A stretch of DNA of 64,000 nt from Candidatus Limnocylindrales bacterium. Lineage in GTDB: Bacteria > Chloroflexota > Limnocylindria > Limnocylindrales > CSP1-4. Under the pieces are notes generated by a model, which searched no databases, had not been told where the DNA came from, and saw only the letters and a list, made by a program, of their open reading frames with translations. Positions 1-8,963 of the stretch are shown here, piece after piece; within the stretch, counting starts at the first letter, position 1; each line of letters begins with the position of its first letter. A program made the position numbers and the translations under genes. The stretch covers positions 453 through 64,452 of the forward strand of contig JBPPMZ010000125.1 in NCBI GenBank assembly GCA_051306295.1, written 5' to 3'.

Positions 1-753
1 GAAGCCGGGACGACCGTCAAGATCACGGTCCGGGCCGACGGCACCGGGCCGGAGCGTACCTACGACGTGGTCCGAGCGGACGTGCCCATCCAGCCGGTGT
101 CATGGACGCTCGTACCGGGCTCGACGACCGCCCTCATCCGGCTCGACCAGTTCTCGAACGGCGCCGCCGACGACATGGTCAAGGCGCTCGACGGCGCCCG
201 GGCGGCCGGAGCGGACCGCGTCGTCCTGGACCTGCGCGGCAACCCCGGAGGCTACGTGAACGAGGCCGTCGGGATCGCCAGCCAGTTCCTCCAGAGCGGC
301 GTCGTGTACATCGAGCGCGACGCCGACGGCAAGGAGACGACCCACGAGGTGTCGCCCGACGGCGTGGCCACGGACCTGCCACTGGTCGTCATCGTGGACA
401 AGAACACCGCGAGCTCCTCGGAGATCGTGTCGGGGGCGCTCCAGGACGCGGGGCGGGCGGAGATCGTCGGCGAGACGACGTTCGGCACGGGCACCGTGCT
501 CGGCGAGTTCGTGCTTACCGACGGATCCGCACTGCGGGTCGGGACCGTGGAGTGGCTGACCCCCGACGGCCGCCGGATCTGGCACGAGGGGATCGCCCCG
601 GACGTGCCGGTCTCGGCGGACGAAGGTGCGACACCCGCCACGCCCGATGACGTGCGTGCGATGTCGCCGGCGCAGGTCGCGGCAATGGACGACGCGCCGT
701 TGGCGCGAGCCCTGGAGCTCGTGGCGGACGCGTCGGTCGCGACGACGGACTAG
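1..753 (+). CDS. S41-family C-terminal processing peptidase (5' end outside window)
   Basis: Frame 1 is open from nt 1 to TAG 751-753. DLRGNPGGY and NTASSSEIVSGALQDAGRAEIVGETTFGTG align by eye with the Tsp/CtpA catalytic core. Confidence 0.8.
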   Translation, partial: EAGTTVKITVRADGTGPERTYDVVRADVPIQPVSWTLVPGSTTALIRLDQFSNGAADDMVKALDGARAAGADRVVLDLRGNPGGYVNEAVGIASQFLQSGVVYIERDADGKETTHEVSPDGVATDLPLVVIVDKNTASSSEIVSGALQDAGRAEIVGETTFGTGTVLGEFVLTDGSALRVGTVEWLTPDGRRIWHEGIAPDVPVSADEGATPATPDDVRAMSPAQVAAMDDAPLARALELVADASVATTD

Positions 754-1001
754 GGCTCGGGCGGTTCGTCGGTCGGAGCCGCTGGATCGGGTGCCTCGGC
801 CAAGTCGGCGGGCGTCCCCTCGTCGGGGAAGACCAGCTCGAACGTGCCGCCGTCATCACCGCTGATGCCGCGGACCGGCGCGCCCTTCTGGACGAGCTCG
901 TGCGGTGGCGGCAGGGTCCGGAATATCTGCTGGTCGAAGCCGACGATGATCCCGCCCAGGGTCTCGCCGATCGGCCTGCCCTTGCGTCGCTTGCCGGCCA
1001 T
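750..1001 (-). CDS. Small hypothetical protein (83 aa)
   Basis: ATG at 1001. The stop at 750-752 forms a CTAG overlap with the convergent peptidase stop. Third codon positions strongly favour G/C. Basic N-terminus MAGKRRKGRP and acidic Pro-rich tail; no family recognised. Confidence 0.5.
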   Translation of the reverse strand: MAGKRRKGRPIGETLGGIIVGFDQQIFRTLPPPHELVQKGAPVRGISGDDGGTFELVFPDEGTPADLAEAPDPAAPTDEPPEP

Positions 1002-1119
1002 GCGGGCAAGTCTACGAACATCGAACGGAATCGCGACAGGCGACGCCTATAGTGCTGAGCGCGGACGAGGTGGATCGGCTTCGAGCGCCGCCACGGCTCG
1101 TCGCGCGGAGGGATGCACG

Positions 1120-1569
1120 ATGCATATCCAGGCACGGGTGACCCCAGCGGCATCGCCGCCGGACGTTGTGACATTCGTCCAGATCCTGTCCGAACCCGAA
1201 ACCCCGCCAGGACAGTCGACCCGAGTCCCGATCAACATCGAAGGCGTCAGCGGTTCAGACCTTGAGACCGGCGGTCAGATCGTCTTCTCGTTCGATCACG
1301 ATCGGGAAGCCGACGTCCGAGCCTGGCTCGAGGAAGCCGGCTATCGGGATCTCACGTTCCGCAACGCCGATCACGACGAGATCGCCTGGGTCGAACTGTC
1401 GGACAACACCCCGGGGCAGCTGCTCCAGGCGATCCGAGGGGCATCGACCGACAACCTCCCGAGCGGCAAGCTCATCAAGGACGTCCTGATCGGCCAGGAG
1501 ACCGTGCCGGCCGGCGCACCAGCGGGTCGGTTCTACGTGCAGATCGCGTTCCAGGAGATCAAGCGCTAG
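1120..1569 (+). CDS. Hypothetical protein (149 aa)
   Basis: ATG 1120 is preceded by GGAGGG (1107-1112). The upstream part of track ORF 844-1569 looks non-coding and overlaps the opposite-strand gene. No family recognised. Confidence 0.55.
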   Translation: MHIQARVTPAASPPDVVTFVQILSEPETPPGQSTRVPINIEGVSGSDLETGGQIVFSFDHDREADVRAWLEEAGYRDLTFRNADHDEIAWVELSDNTPGQLLQAIRGASTDNLPSGKLIKDVLIGQETVPAGAPAGRFYVQIAFQEIKR

Positions 1570-1587
1570 GCGATCAGTCCGCGTCGG

Positions 1588-3174
1588 CTAGAGGAGCTCT
1601 CCGTGGGCTGACGCGGTCGGCTCACCCTCGAGCGGGCGGGGCTCCTCGCCCGGGCCGTAGTCGGGGCCCGACTCAAGGACCTTGAGCGGCGCCCCGGCCT
1701 GGCCCTGCAACGCCCCGACCCCGAACGGGACCCACTTGCTGGGGTCCTGGAGTCGGTGCGCCTCGGTGTTCCCGCGCTGGTGCGTCTCCTCGAAGCCCTT
1801 GGGCTCGATCCACATCCGCTCGCCCTCCAGGAGCCCCAGCACGCCGGACTGGCCGGGCTCCGGGCGCTCGTGCTGGCAGTACCGGCACGCGCTCGAGTCG
1901 TGGCGCGTGTAGTGCTCGGGTTCCTCGTAGGTCGTGATGTAGCCCTCGTAGTTGCGGAGCACGACCTTGTGGTCCGAGTACGAGATCAGGTAGTTGGGCA
2001 TGACCGGGATCTTGCCGCCGCCACCGGGCGCGTCGATGACGTAGGTCGGGACGGCGTAACCGGAGGTGTGACCGCGCAGGCCCTCGATGATCTCGAGACC
2101 CTTGCCGACCGGCGTCCGGAAGTGCCCAGAGCCCTCGACGAGGTCGCACTGGTAGAGGTAGTACGGCCGGATCCGGTTGGCGACGAGCTTGTGGACGAGG
2201 TTGCGCTGGATGTGCACGCAGTCGTTCACGCCCGCCAGGAGCACGCTCTGGTTGCCGACCGGCAGACCGGCGCGGGTCAGCTTGTCGACCGCGCGGCTGA
2301 CTTCTGGCGTGATCTCGTTGGGGTGGTTGAAATGGAGGTTGATCCAGAGCGGGTGGTACTTGGCCAGCATCTCGCACAGCTCGTCGTCGATGCGCTGGGG
2401 CAGGAAGACCGGCACCCGCGAACCGATGCGGATGATCTCGATGTGCGGGATCTCGCGCAGGCCACGCAGGATCTTCTCGAACAGCTTGGGGGCCAGGGTC
2501 AGGCCGTCACCGCCCGAGATGAGGACGTCGCGGACCTGCGGGGTCCGGCGCAGGTACTCGAGCTGGGCCTCGTGGTCGCGGCTGTTGAAGTTCTGGGTCG
2601 GGTCGCCGACGATCCGCGACCGCGTGCAATAGCGGCAATAGCTCGCGCACTGGGTCGTGACCAGCATCAGGACGCGGTCCGGGTAGCGATGGACGAGGCC
2701 CGGGACCGGCGAGTGGCGGTCCTCCGCGAGCGAGTCCTCCATCATCGCCGTGAAGGCTTGGTGCTCCGAGGCGATGGGGATGACCTGGCGCCGGATCGGG
2801 TCGGTCGGGTCCCTCGGGTCGATGAGGCTGATGAAGTAGGGCGTGACGTCCACCCGGAACTTGTCGGGGGCGGAGAGGCCCTCGCGCTCCTCCGGGGTCA
2901 GGTCCAGGATCTGCTCGATCTCGGAGAGCTCGTTGACCCGGTGGCTGAGCTGCCAGCGCCAATCGTTCCACTGCTCGTCGGGCACGTCCTCGTAGATCGG
3001 CGCGCGGCGGCTGACCGCCGGTCGACCGTCCGCGCCGAGGGCGCGCGCCGGATCGGCGAGGTTCACGAACGGGGTCTCGGCGAGGGCCCGCTGTTCGGCC
3101 TGGTGCGCGACGGCGCTCTTGATCTCCTGGGCGTCCACGCGGGCGGCCTCCGGCTGGTCGGTCGGTTCGGTCAT
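1588..3174 (-). CDS. kamA: L-lysine 2,3-aminomutase (radical SAM, KamA/AblA family)
   Basis: 528-aa ORF with the radical-SAM cluster motif CASYCRYCTRS, ISGGDGLTL, and KamA-like sequence throughout. ATG at 3174. Confidence 0.9.
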   Translation of the reverse strand: MTEPTDQPEAARVDAQEIKSAVAHQAEQRALAETPFVNLADPARALGADGRPAVSRRAPIYEDVPDEQWNDWRWQLSHRVNELSEIEQILDLTPEEREGLSAPDKFRVDVTPYFISLIDPRDPTDPIRRQVIPIASEHQAFTAMMEDSLAEDRHSPVPGLVHRYPDRVLMLVTTQCASYCRYCTRSRIVGDPTQNFNSRDHEAQLEYLRRTPQVRDVLISGGDGLTLAPKLFEKILRGLREIPHIEIIRIGSRVPVFLPQRIDDELCEMLAKYHPLWINLHFNHPNEITPEVSRAVDKLTRAGLPVGNQSVLLAGVNDCVHIQRNLVHKLVANRIRPYYLYQCDLVEGSGHFRTPVGKGLEIIEGLRGHTSGYAVPTYVIDAPGGGGKIPVMPNYLISYSDHKVVLRNYEGYITTYEEPEHYTRHDSSACRYCQHERPEPGQSGVLGLLEGERMWIEPKGFEETHQRGNTEAHRLQDPSKWVPFGVGALQGQAGAPLKVLESGPDYGPGEEPRPLEGEPTASAHGELL

Positions 3175-3187
3175 CGATCGGCAGTCG

Positions 3188-3206
3188 GTGCATAGAACCT
3201 ATGCAC
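3188..3206. promoter_or_regulatory. Perfect palindrome GTGCATAG-aac-CTATGCAC just upstream of the kamA start
   Basis: Read directly from the sequence. It lies 13 nt from the kamA ATG in a locally AT-richer stretch, so it is a candidate operator or 5'-UTR hairpin. Confidence 0.3.
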
Positions 3207-3454
3207 TCTGCAAGTCGGCGCATCATAGCGCCGCTCCGACAAGGCGGTCCAGCACCCCGGGAGTCCTGGGTCGTCGCCGCCCTTCCCCGCGGCTTCTGCG
3301 CCAAGCGCAGCAGGCAGCGGTTGGCGGCGCGAATCTCGGTTCCCCGCCGGTCGCCTGCTTCGTTCAGCGCCGAGATCGAGCAGGAAGTGCGCTCACCGAA
3401 CACAACGACGGCCGGCGTGGTCGCGTGCGGTGGCGTGCCGGTCGCCTGCTTCGC

Positions 3455-4045
3455 TCAGCGCCGAGTGGTGCGCGATGCCGCCGTCAGTGCCGCCACGGCG
3501 CGTGCCAGCCGCTTCGGGAGATCAGGCACGGTCCCAGTCGGCAGACCCTTGACCGGCCACCACGCCACCGCGTCGCTCTCAGCAGAGGTCGCCGGCAGCG
3601 TGTCGGGCGGGATCACGGCCAGGAATCCCACGTCCAGGTGTTCTCGGCAGCGGCCGAACGCCGCCGACAGCCTGTGCCGATCGACGTCGATGGGCTCCGG
3701 GTGGACCAGCTCGAGCATCGCGATCCCGGACTCCTCGCGACCCTCGCGCCGCGCGCCGTGCGCCAGGCTCGCATCGCCGGCTTCGAGATGCCCGCCGAAC
3801 TGCACCCAGAAGCGTCCCTTTCGATGCAGCGACAGCAGCGTCAGTCGGCCGGACGGATCCAGGACCAGGCACGAGGCGGTCAGGTGAGCCGGCGGGCCGT
3901 CGCGTGAGCAACCGTCCGGGTGGGTCGCGAGGTGGGCCAGGTAGTGGAGCCGCAGCGCATCCTGGTCAGGCGCGGCCGGGCGCCAGTCGGACAGGGTGTT
4001 CGTCGCGCTCGCGTGGAGGGCCGCCGCGGCATCGAGCGCGGCCAG
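3455..4045 (-). CDS. NUDIX hydrolase (start codon uncertain)
   Basis: Nudix box GGHLEAGDASLAHGARREGREESGI. Family-like sequence starts right after the upstream gene's stop. There is no ATG/GTG/TTG near the expected start; CTG at 4045 is used as a placeholder. Confidence 0.7.
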   Translation of the reverse strand: MAALDAAAALHASATNTLSDWRPAAPDQDALRLHYLAHLATHPDGCSRDGPPAHLTASCLVLDPSGRLTLLSLHRKGRFWVQFGGHLEAGDASLAHGARREGREESGIAMLELVHPEPIDVDRHRLSAAFGRCREHLDVGFLAVIPPDTLPATSAESDAVAWWPVKGLPTGTVPDLPKRLARAVAALTAASRTTRR

Positions 4046-4047
4046 AG

Positions 4048-4368
4048 CTATTCCCCGATCACCGACCAGAGGAAGCCCATCATGATGAAGAAGCCCGTGA
4101 ACAGGGCGATGAGGCCCATCGCGCCGTAGGGCGAACTGGCCCCGACGTGAGGCACCAGCTGGAGCCCGATCCCGAACACGACCGCCCAGGCGATGAACAG
4201 GAAGGTGAACAGGAACTTCGTGTTCGGGTTCGTGACCTTCTTGACCCACTTGGCGCCGCCCTCGCTCGACAGCGCCGACTTCAGCATCACGCCGATCATC
4301 AGGATGACGACGGCGGCCGAGATCCCGAACGGGATGGGCTGCTGGAAGGCGATCAGGAAGAGCTGCAT
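4048..4368 (-). CDS. Small integral membrane protein (about 106 aa, 3 hydrophobic segments)
   Basis: ATG 4368 (MQLFLIAFQQ...). G/C-biased third codon positions despite lower overall GC. Hydrophobic segments AAVVILMIGVML, FLFTFLFIAWAVVFGIGL and GLIALFTGFFIMMGFLW. Confidence 0.6.
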   Translation of the reverse strand: MQLFLIAFQQPIPFGISAAVVILMIGVMLKSALSSEGGAKWVKKVTNPNTKFLFTFLFIAWAVVFGIGLQLVPHVGASSPYGAMGLIALFTGFFIMMGFLWSVIGE

Positions 4369-4506
4369 CGAGCGGATGCTAGCAGATGCGCATAGGCGCA
4401 TCTCGGTACTCCCGGCGCCGTCTCCGGGCGTCGTTTCGCGTTCATGCCGGAACGCCCGGCCGCGACGTCGGGGCTACGATGATGCCGAGGGGCGCCGCCC
4501 CATCCA

Positions 4507-6819
4507 GTGACCGACACGACCCGAACCCCTGACGTGACCCCCTTCGATCGACTCGGCCAGTTCGTCGTGCGCCGCGCGCGCCTCGTCATCGGGGCGTGGG
4601 CGCTATTGCTGCTGCTGGCCCTGCCGCTGGCACCGCAGGTTCCGGGTGCCCTGTCGGCTGGTGGGTTCATCCTGGACGACCTCGAATCGGCCCGGGCCAA
4701 GGCCGTCCTGGAGGCCGAACTCGGGGCGCCACCATCCGCGCTCGTCGTCGTCTTCTCCAGTCCGACCCTGGAGGCCGGCACGCCCGCATTCGAGCTGGCC
4801 GCCGCCGAGGCGATGCGCGATGTCCCCGGCGCCCAGCACGTGGCAGGCGTCGTGTCGCACCTGCTCCAGCCGCGGCAGGTCTCCACCGACCGACACACCG
4901 CCTACGACATCGTCTTCCTGGACCTCCCCCCGGACGACTCCCCCGACGCGGTGCCGATCGTGCGCGAGGCCCTGCGCGAGGCCCCGGACCTGACGGTCGA
5001 GCTCGCGGGCGGCCCGGCGTTCTATGGCGATGTCCAGGCGGTCAGCGAGCGCGACCTGCAGCGCTCCGAGATCATCTCGTTGCCACTCGCGGCGCTTGCC
5101 CTGTTGCTCGTCTTCGGGTCGGCCGTGGCGGCGGGTGTGCCACTGGTCGTCGGCGGGGCATCGGTCCTGGTCGCCCTGGCCGGCATCTTCCTGATCGCGC
5201 AGGTCACGCCGATGAGCATCTTCGTGCTCAACCTGGCCACCCTCCTGGGACTCGGCCTGGGGGTGGACTACTCCCTGCTCATGACGAGCCGGTTCCGCGA
5301 GGAGCTGGCCAGGCGGGACGCCACCGCCCCAGACGCTGTCGGCGAGGCCGTCCGAGTCACCGTCGCGACCGCCGGCCGGGCCGTCTTCTTCAGCGGCCTG
5401 ACGGTCCTGCTCGGCCTGCTCGGCCTGATCCTGTTCGAGTTCATGATCCTGCGCTCGGTCGGCATCGCGGGCGCGATCGTCGTGGCCCTCGCGGTCAGCG
5501 CCGCACTCACGCTGCTCCCGGCGATCCTGACCCTCCTGGGCCGCCGCCTGGACCGCCTGGCCGTGCGGAAGGTGACCGTCGCGCCGCACGCCGATGGTCC
5601 GTGGGCCAGGCTCGCCCGCCGGGTCATGCGCCGACCGTGGGCCGTTCTCATCCCGACGTTGGGCCTCCTGCTCATCCTGGGCTCGCCGTTCCTGCACGTC
5701 CGCTTCAATGCCCCCGATTCGAGCGTCCTCCCGCCGGACGTGCCGTCGCGCCAGGCGTTCGATCGACTGCGCGAGGACTTCGGCGACGGCGAGTTCGCGC
5801 CGATCTCGCTGGCCGTCCGGACCGAGGGTCCGGCCACCACCCCGGCCAACCTCGAGCGCCTGTTCGACTACTCGCGCCGACTTGCCGCCGACCCACGCAT
5901 CGCCCGCGTGGAGAGTCTCGTGGACGTGGATCCGCGCCTCAGCTTGACCCAGTACGCCCTCCTGTACGGCGACCCCAACGGCCCCCGTGACCGCTTCGTG
6001 GCGACCGGCCTGGCGGCCACGACCCGCGGTGACATCACCGCCTTCACCATCTACACGCCCTACGGCCCGAACCGCGACGAGGGCCGCTCCCTGGTCGGCG
6101 ACCTGCGCGACCCGGCCGGCGCTCTTGCCCCACCGGAAGGTTTCACCGTCCTTGTCGGTGGTGGCGCCGCGGACGTGACGGACGTCGTCGATCGCGTCGC
6201 CCAGGACTTCCCGCGGACGGCCCTGTTCATCATCGTGACCACCTATCTCGTCCTGTTCATGCTGCTGCGGTCCGTGGTCCTGCCGGCCAAGGCGCTGCTC
6301 ATGAACTCCCTGTCGTTGACCGCCAGCTTCGGCGCGCTGGTCTGGATCTTCCAGGACGGCAATCTCTCGGCCCTGCTCGGCTTCCAGCCATTGGGGTTCG
6401 TGGAAACGACCCTGCCGGTCATCCTGTTCTGCGTCCTGTTCGGGCTGTCCATGGACTACGAGGTGTTCCTGTTGTCGCGGATGAAGGAGGCCTGGGACCG
6501 GACCGGCGACAACACGGAGGCCGTGGCCCGCGGCCTGGAGCGGAGCGGGCGGATCGTGACCAGCGCGGCCCTCATCGTGGTCGTCGTGGCGGGCTCGTTC
6601 GCCTTCGCCGACATCGTGCTCATCAAGGCCCTCGGTCTGGGCGTGGCCATCGCGGTGGCCCTGGATGCCACGGTGGTCAGGGCGCTGCTCGTGCCGGCCA
6701 CCATGCGGCTTCTGGGTCGCTGGAACTGGTGGATGCCAGCCGTCCTGGAGCGCGTCATCGCCAACCGCCTGCCGGCGTCGGAGGCCGAGACCGAAGCCGC
6801 CCAGGAGGCCTCGCGATGA
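4507..6819 (+). CDS. MMPL-family (RND superfamily) membrane transporter
   Basis: 770-aa ORF starting at GTG 4507. Two 6-TM bundles with large extracytoplasmic loops, and typical MMPL motifs (GLGVDYSLLMTSRFREEL; GLSMDYEVFLLSRMKE). Confidence 0.9.
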   Translation: MTDTTRTPDVTPFDRLGQFVVRRARLVIGAWALLLLLALPLAPQVPGALSAGGFILDDLESARAKAVLEAELGAPPSALVVVFSSPTLEAGTPAFELAAAEAMRDVPGAQHVAGVVSHLLQPRQVSTDRHTAYDIVFLDLPPDDSPDAVPIVREALREAPDLTVELAGGPAFYGDVQAVSERDLQRSEIISLPLAALALLLVFGSAVAAGVPLVVGGASVLVALAGIFLIAQVTPMSIFVLNLATLLGLGLGVDYSLLMTSRFREELARRDATAPDAVGEAVRVTVATAGRAVFFSGLTVLLGLLGLILFEFMILRSVGIAGAIVVALAVSAALTLLPAILTLLGRRLDRLAVRKVTVAPHADGPWARLARRVMRRPWAVLIPTLGLLLILGSPFLHVRFNAPDSSVLPPDVPSRQAFDRLREDFGDGEFAPISLAVRTEGPATTPANLERLFDYSRRLAADPRIARVESLVDVDPRLSLTQYALLYGDPNGPRDRFVATGLAATTRGDITAFTIYTPYGPNRDEGRSLVGDLRDPAGALAPPEGFTVLVGGGAADVTDVVDRVAQDFPRTALFIIVTTYLVLFMLLRSVVLPAKALLMNSLSLTASFGALVWIFQDGNLSALLGFQPLGFVETTLPVILFCVLFGLSMDYEVFLLSRMKEAWDRTGDNTEAVARGLERSGRIVTSAALIVVVVAGSFAFADIVLIKALGLGVAIAVALDATVVRALLVPATMRLLGRWNWWMPAVLERVIANRLPASEAETEAAQEASR

Positions 6820-8009
6820 GCCGCGGGTTCGGACGCCTGCTCGGCCTGCTCCTCGTCGCCGCCACCATCGGCGCCTGCACGACGTCGGGTGCACCGATCC
6901 TCGCCAACCCGACCGCACCGCTCCCGCCGATCGCCTCACCGACGGCGTCGCCCGCGCCGGTCGCGGACCCCCAGCCGATCCAGTTGCCCCGCGACGACGG
7001 CCCGCACGACCGCCTCACCGAGTGGTGGTACTACACCGGTCACCTGCGAGCGACCTCCGGCGAGCGCTTCGGCTTCGAGTACGTGATCTTTCGCGCCGAG
7101 CGCGGCTCGTTCCCGACCACCTGGGCCTCGCACCTGGCCATCACGGACGAGACCGGTGACCGATTCCTGTACGGGCAACGCCTGGACGTCGGACCGCAGG
7201 TCGATCGCTCGCCGCGCGGGGTGACCGGCGAACTCGTCGGCTTCGACCTGTCAGTGTCGGGCATCGATCCGACCGATCCGTCGACCTTCGACCGACCGGC
7301 CTGGACGATGGGCGGCCTCGGTGGCGTCGATCGCCTGGCCGCGGCGCTGTCGCCCGACGAAGCGGCCGACGCCGGCGCCCCTGGCGGTCTCGGCCTGAGC
7401 CTGGACCTTGCCGCGACCAAGCCGCCGGCCCTCCACGACCGCGACGGCTGGATCGACTTCGGTCCGGCCGGCGGCTCGTACTACTACTCGCGCACCGCGA
7501 TGGATGCGACCGGCACGATCCTCCTCGACGGCGAGACGCTGACGGTGACCGGCGAGGCCTGGTTCGACCACCAGTGGGGCGACTTCATCAGCGTCGGCGG
7601 CGGGGGCTGGGACTGGTTCGCGGTCAACCTCGAGGACGGCACGGACCTCACCCTGTCGCTGGTTCGCGACGCCGACGGCAGCTATCCACTCGTCTACGGC
7701 ACGACCGTCGACGCGAACGGCACGACCCGCCACCTGGACCGGGACGCATTCAGCGTGGAGGTCACGGATCGCTGGACCAGCCCGCTCACCGGCGCCGACT
7801 ACCCGGCCGGCTGGTCGATACTGATCCCGGGCGAGGACCTGCGGATCGCCCTGACACCGACGGTCGCCGCCCAGGAGCTGGACACGCGGGCGACCATGGG
7901 CGTCGTCTACTGGGAAGGATCACAGGACGTGCGCGCGACACGCGGTGGGCGCGCGCTGGGTGGCCAGGCCTACGTGGAGCTGACGGGCTACGCCGCGGCT
8001 GCGGAATAG
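6816..8009 (+). CDS. Lipocalin-like / CrtC (AttH)-family lipoprotein
   Basis: ATG 6816 overlaps the MMPL stop (ATGA). Signal peptide with lipobox IGAC. DDGPHDRLTEWWYYTGHL and WFDHQWGDF are typical of hydroxyneurosporene-synthase/AttH-like proteins. Confidence 0.7.
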   Translation: MSRGFGRLLGLLLVAATIGACTTSGAPILANPTAPLPPIASPTASPAPVADPQPIQLPRDDGPHDRLTEWWYYTGHLRATSGERFGFEYVIFRAERGSFPTTWASHLAITDETGDRFLYGQRLDVGPQVDRSPRGVTGELVGFDLSVSGIDPTDPSTFDRPAWTMGGLGGVDRLAAALSPDEAADAGAPGGLGLSLDLAATKPPALHDRDGWIDFGPAGGSYYYSRTAMDATGTILLDGETLTVTGEAWFDHQWGDFISVGGGGWDWFAVNLEDGTDLTLSLVRDADGSYPLVYGTTVDANGTTRHLDRDAFSVEVTDRWTSPLTGADYPAGWSILIPGEDLRIALTPTVAAQELDTRATMGVVYWEGSQDVRATRGGRALGGQAYVELTGYAAAAE

Positions 8010-8019
8010 GAGGCCCGAA

Positions 8020-8817
8020 CTACGGCGTAGCGGCCGCCGGGATGGTGGCAGGTGGCATCTCGAGATCGACCGTCCTGGCCAGGCTCCGCGCTTCGCTGTC
8101 GAGGGAACGCAGGGCGCCAAGGACATCGAGCATCTGTCGCGCGGCGGAGACATAGGCGGCGTCATTCGAGAGGGCGTTGCGCAGGCCCTCGCGGGCGGTC
8201 GCACCGATCGTGGCATAGAGGTCGGTCAACTCGCCGGACAACCCGGTCGCCTGCGACCAACTGGCGAGGTCCGGGGCGATGCGGTCGCCGAACGACGCGC
8301 TACTCGCGAGGTTGCGCAGGATGCGCGACAGGTGGGCTGACGATGGCGATACGACGGCCAGGGCCTCGCTCAGGCGGACGCCGTCGTCGCTCAGCCGGAG
8401 ATTGAGCAGGGCCGATTGGCGCAACGCCGACAGGGCGCTGCTTGCGACGCCCGGGTCGACGACCGGGCCGGCGCTGATGGCGGGTGCAACGGTGGCGATC
8501 GGAGCAGCACTGGCGAGAGGCGTGACGTTGGCGACGGTCCTGGCCTCGTTCAGGGCGGACACGCCAGCCATCACGCCACCGCCGACCAGGAGGCCGACCA
8601 CGAGCCCGGAGGCGATGAACCCGATCGCGCGAGGAGCCTGGACACCGGCGATCAGTCGCGAGCCGCACCCAGGACAGCGCGATGCGCCCGCACCGAGCGG
8701 GCGGGCGCACGCCGGACAGTTGAAGATATTGGCGTCCAGCTCGCCGATCGGGAGTCCGTTCTGGCCCTGGCCCCTGGCCGTTCGTCGGCCCTTGCCGGGC
8801 AGCGCGTCGATGGTCAT
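8020..8817 (-). CDS. Zinc-ribbon membrane-anchored hypothetical protein
   Basis: ATG 8817 is preceded by AGAGGA. CPAC...CPGC zinc-ribbon, then one TM segment (IGFIASGLVVGLLVGGGVMAGV) and an Ala/Ser-rich helical domain. Confidence 0.6.
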   Translation of the reverse strand: MTIDALPGKGRRTARGQGQNGLPIGELDANIFNCPACARPLGAGASRCPGCGSRLIAGVQAPRAIGFIASGLVVGLLVGGGVMAGVSALNEARTVANVTPLASAAPIATVAPAISAGPVVDPGVASSALSALRQSALLNLRLSDDGVRLSEALAVVSPSSAHLSRILRNLASSASFGDRIAPDLASWSQATGLSGELTDLYATIGATAREGLRNALSNDAAYVSAARQMLDVLGALRSLDSEARSLARTVDLEMPPATIPAAATP

Positions 8818-8963
8818 CGGGTTCCTCTCGCGACCGGGCACGGGTGCCGAGCGTCGTCCCGGTGAGTGTGCCGTCCGTGCGACCGGGCGAGCATCCGGAC
8901 GATGGTCCCGACCACAGGGGGTACGGACGGCGCTCGCCGGTCGCTCGGCGGATACTGGGCGGC

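Noticed and set aside
4603-6939. 778-aa minus-strand ORF opposite the MMPL gene
   Set aside because: The composition is Arg/Gly/Asp/His-rich and low-complexity, typical of antisense frames in high-GC DNA. The plus-strand MMPL product has clear family motifs and TM architecture.
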